A stretch of 64,000 bases of DNA from Sarea resinae (lineage: Eukaryota). The notes under the pieces are model-generated. The model saw only the letters and a program-made list of their open reading frames with translations. It did no database searches and was not told the DNA's origin. The stretch's first letter is position 1; each line of letters starts with the position of its first letter. Where the stretch lies: assembly GCA_026026165.1 (NCBI GenBank), contig JAPEUD010000007.1:496001-560000 (forward strand). Reading direction: 5' to 3'. The position numbers were made by a program, and so were the translations under genes. Positions 62,605-64,000 of the stretch are shown piece by piece.

Positions 62605-64000
62605 ATGTCTCCTTCATCTCACAACATAGTCGTCTTTGCAGGTGACCATTGCGGTCCCGAGGTGAGGATTCCATCTGAAGCAGCCCAATTAACATGTTAC
62701 TGACGGTGTGTAGGTAACGGCTGAAGCTCTCAAGGTGCGACTTAACTCACTCGGCATAGCTGAGGCGCAGGCAGTGCTAACAAACAATAGGTCTTGAGAG
62801 TTGTCGCAAAGGAAAGGGGAATCACCTTTGACTTCCAAGAGCATCTACTCGGCGGTGTATGTTTCTTTCCATTGTCGTAAGAAACCGGATCCAGGATTGA
62901 CGATGAACTAGGCCTCAATCGACGCGACAGGCTCGCCCCTCACCGACGAAGCTCTCAACGCCGCCAAGAATGCCGACGCAGTTATCCTGGGAGCAATAGG
63001 TGGTCCCGTACGTTCAAATCTCACCGCCTGTCGTAATTGCTCCCCCTTGCTAAACAAAACTTCAGAAATGGGGTACCGGCGCCGTGCGGCCTGAACAAGG
63101 CCTCCTCAAACTCCGCAAAGAGCTCAATGCCTTTGGCAACCTCCGTCCCTGCAATTTTGCCTCGGAGAAGCTCGTCGACATCTCCCCCCTCAAGGCTGAC
63201 GTCTGCCGTGGCGTCGACTTCAACATCATCCGTGAGCTGACAGGAGGTATCTACTTTGGGGAGCGCAAGGAGGACGATGGCGACGGCACGGCTTGGGATA
63301 CCGAGCCGTATTCGCGGCCGGAGATCGAACGAGTGACGCGTCTGGCAGCACACCTCGCATTGGCTCATGACCCGCCACTGCCCGTGTGGAGTTTGGACAA
63401 GGCGAACGTTTTGGCGACGAGTCGACTGTGGCGAAAGACGGTCTCGGAGGTCATGGCCAAGGAGTTCCCGCAGCTCAAGCTGGGCCACCACCTCATCGAC
63501 TCGGCGGCCATGCTCATGGTCAAGAACCCGCGCGCGCTGAACGGCATCGTCGTCACCAGCAATCTGTTCGGCGATATCATCAGCGACGAGGCCAGCGTCA
63601 TTCCAGGGAGTCTGGGACTGCTGCCCAGCGCCAGCCTGAGCGGGGTTCCCGACGGCAAGAGCAAGGTCAATGGCATCTACGAGCCCATCCACGGTATGCC
63701 AATCCCCAATCTCCCATTCCCCTGATTCAATCCCAACCACTGCGGCCAAGCTAACGCAGATTCATCTAGGCTCCGCACCCGACATCTCAGGCAAGGGCAT
63801 CGTCAACCCCGTCGCCGCCATCCTCTCGATAGCCATGCTCCTCAAATACTCCCTCAACCTGCCCACCGAGGCCAAGGCCGTCGAGGACGCCGTGCGAAGA
63901 ACGATCGACCGCGGCGTCACGACGGGCGATATCGGTGGATCGGCCAGCACGTCCCAGGTCGGTGACGCAGTGGCCGAGGAGGTGCAAAAAGTGTTGGCGG
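62605..64000 (+). CDS. LEU2: 3-isopropylmalate dehydrogenase, 3' end beyond the window
   Basis: [73 protein letters not shown]. Several short 5' exons. Confidence 0.98.

Noticed and set aside
63021..63749. Long antisense ORFs (here, 11135-11839 and 56238-57083 alternative frame)
   Set aside because: Expected shadows of GC-rich coding sequence, with no independent protein features

Overview
Eukaryotic, intron-containing DNA from a filamentous ascomycete (Pezizomycotina-type GT-AG introns with CTRAC branch points). About 20 protein-coding genes can be reconstructed by hand: a HeLo-like/SesA N-terminal-domain orphan, a three-repeat Con-6 protein, a MYND zinc-finger protein, ATG27, a sulfotransferase-like P-loop protein, a large divergent DH/PH-like protein, an EBP-family sterol isomerase, HSP104, ACC deaminase, RDH54, NRDE2, UTP10, a DENND11/Anr2-like protein, LHS1, an Spd1-like RNR inhibitor, an Aim3-like proline-rich protein, a single-pass S/T-rich membrane protein, a small orphan, a GprK-like 7TM-RGS protein and LEU2 (cut off by the window end). 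I found no tRNA, rRNA, CRISPR array or intact transposon. The main unexplained signals are: (1) a stem-rich segment of about 600 nt in the 3-kb divergent intergenic region (57.5-58.1 kb), a candidate structured ncRNA; (2) microsatellite-rich, strand-skewed islands at all four convergent gene junctions, with GC-rich codons in most adjacent 3' exons; (3) unusual tandem regulatory arrays upstream of HSP104 (nGCAn-variant HSE) and LHS1 (repeat ending in a HacA UPRE consensus). All family assignments come from motif recognition, not from database searches.
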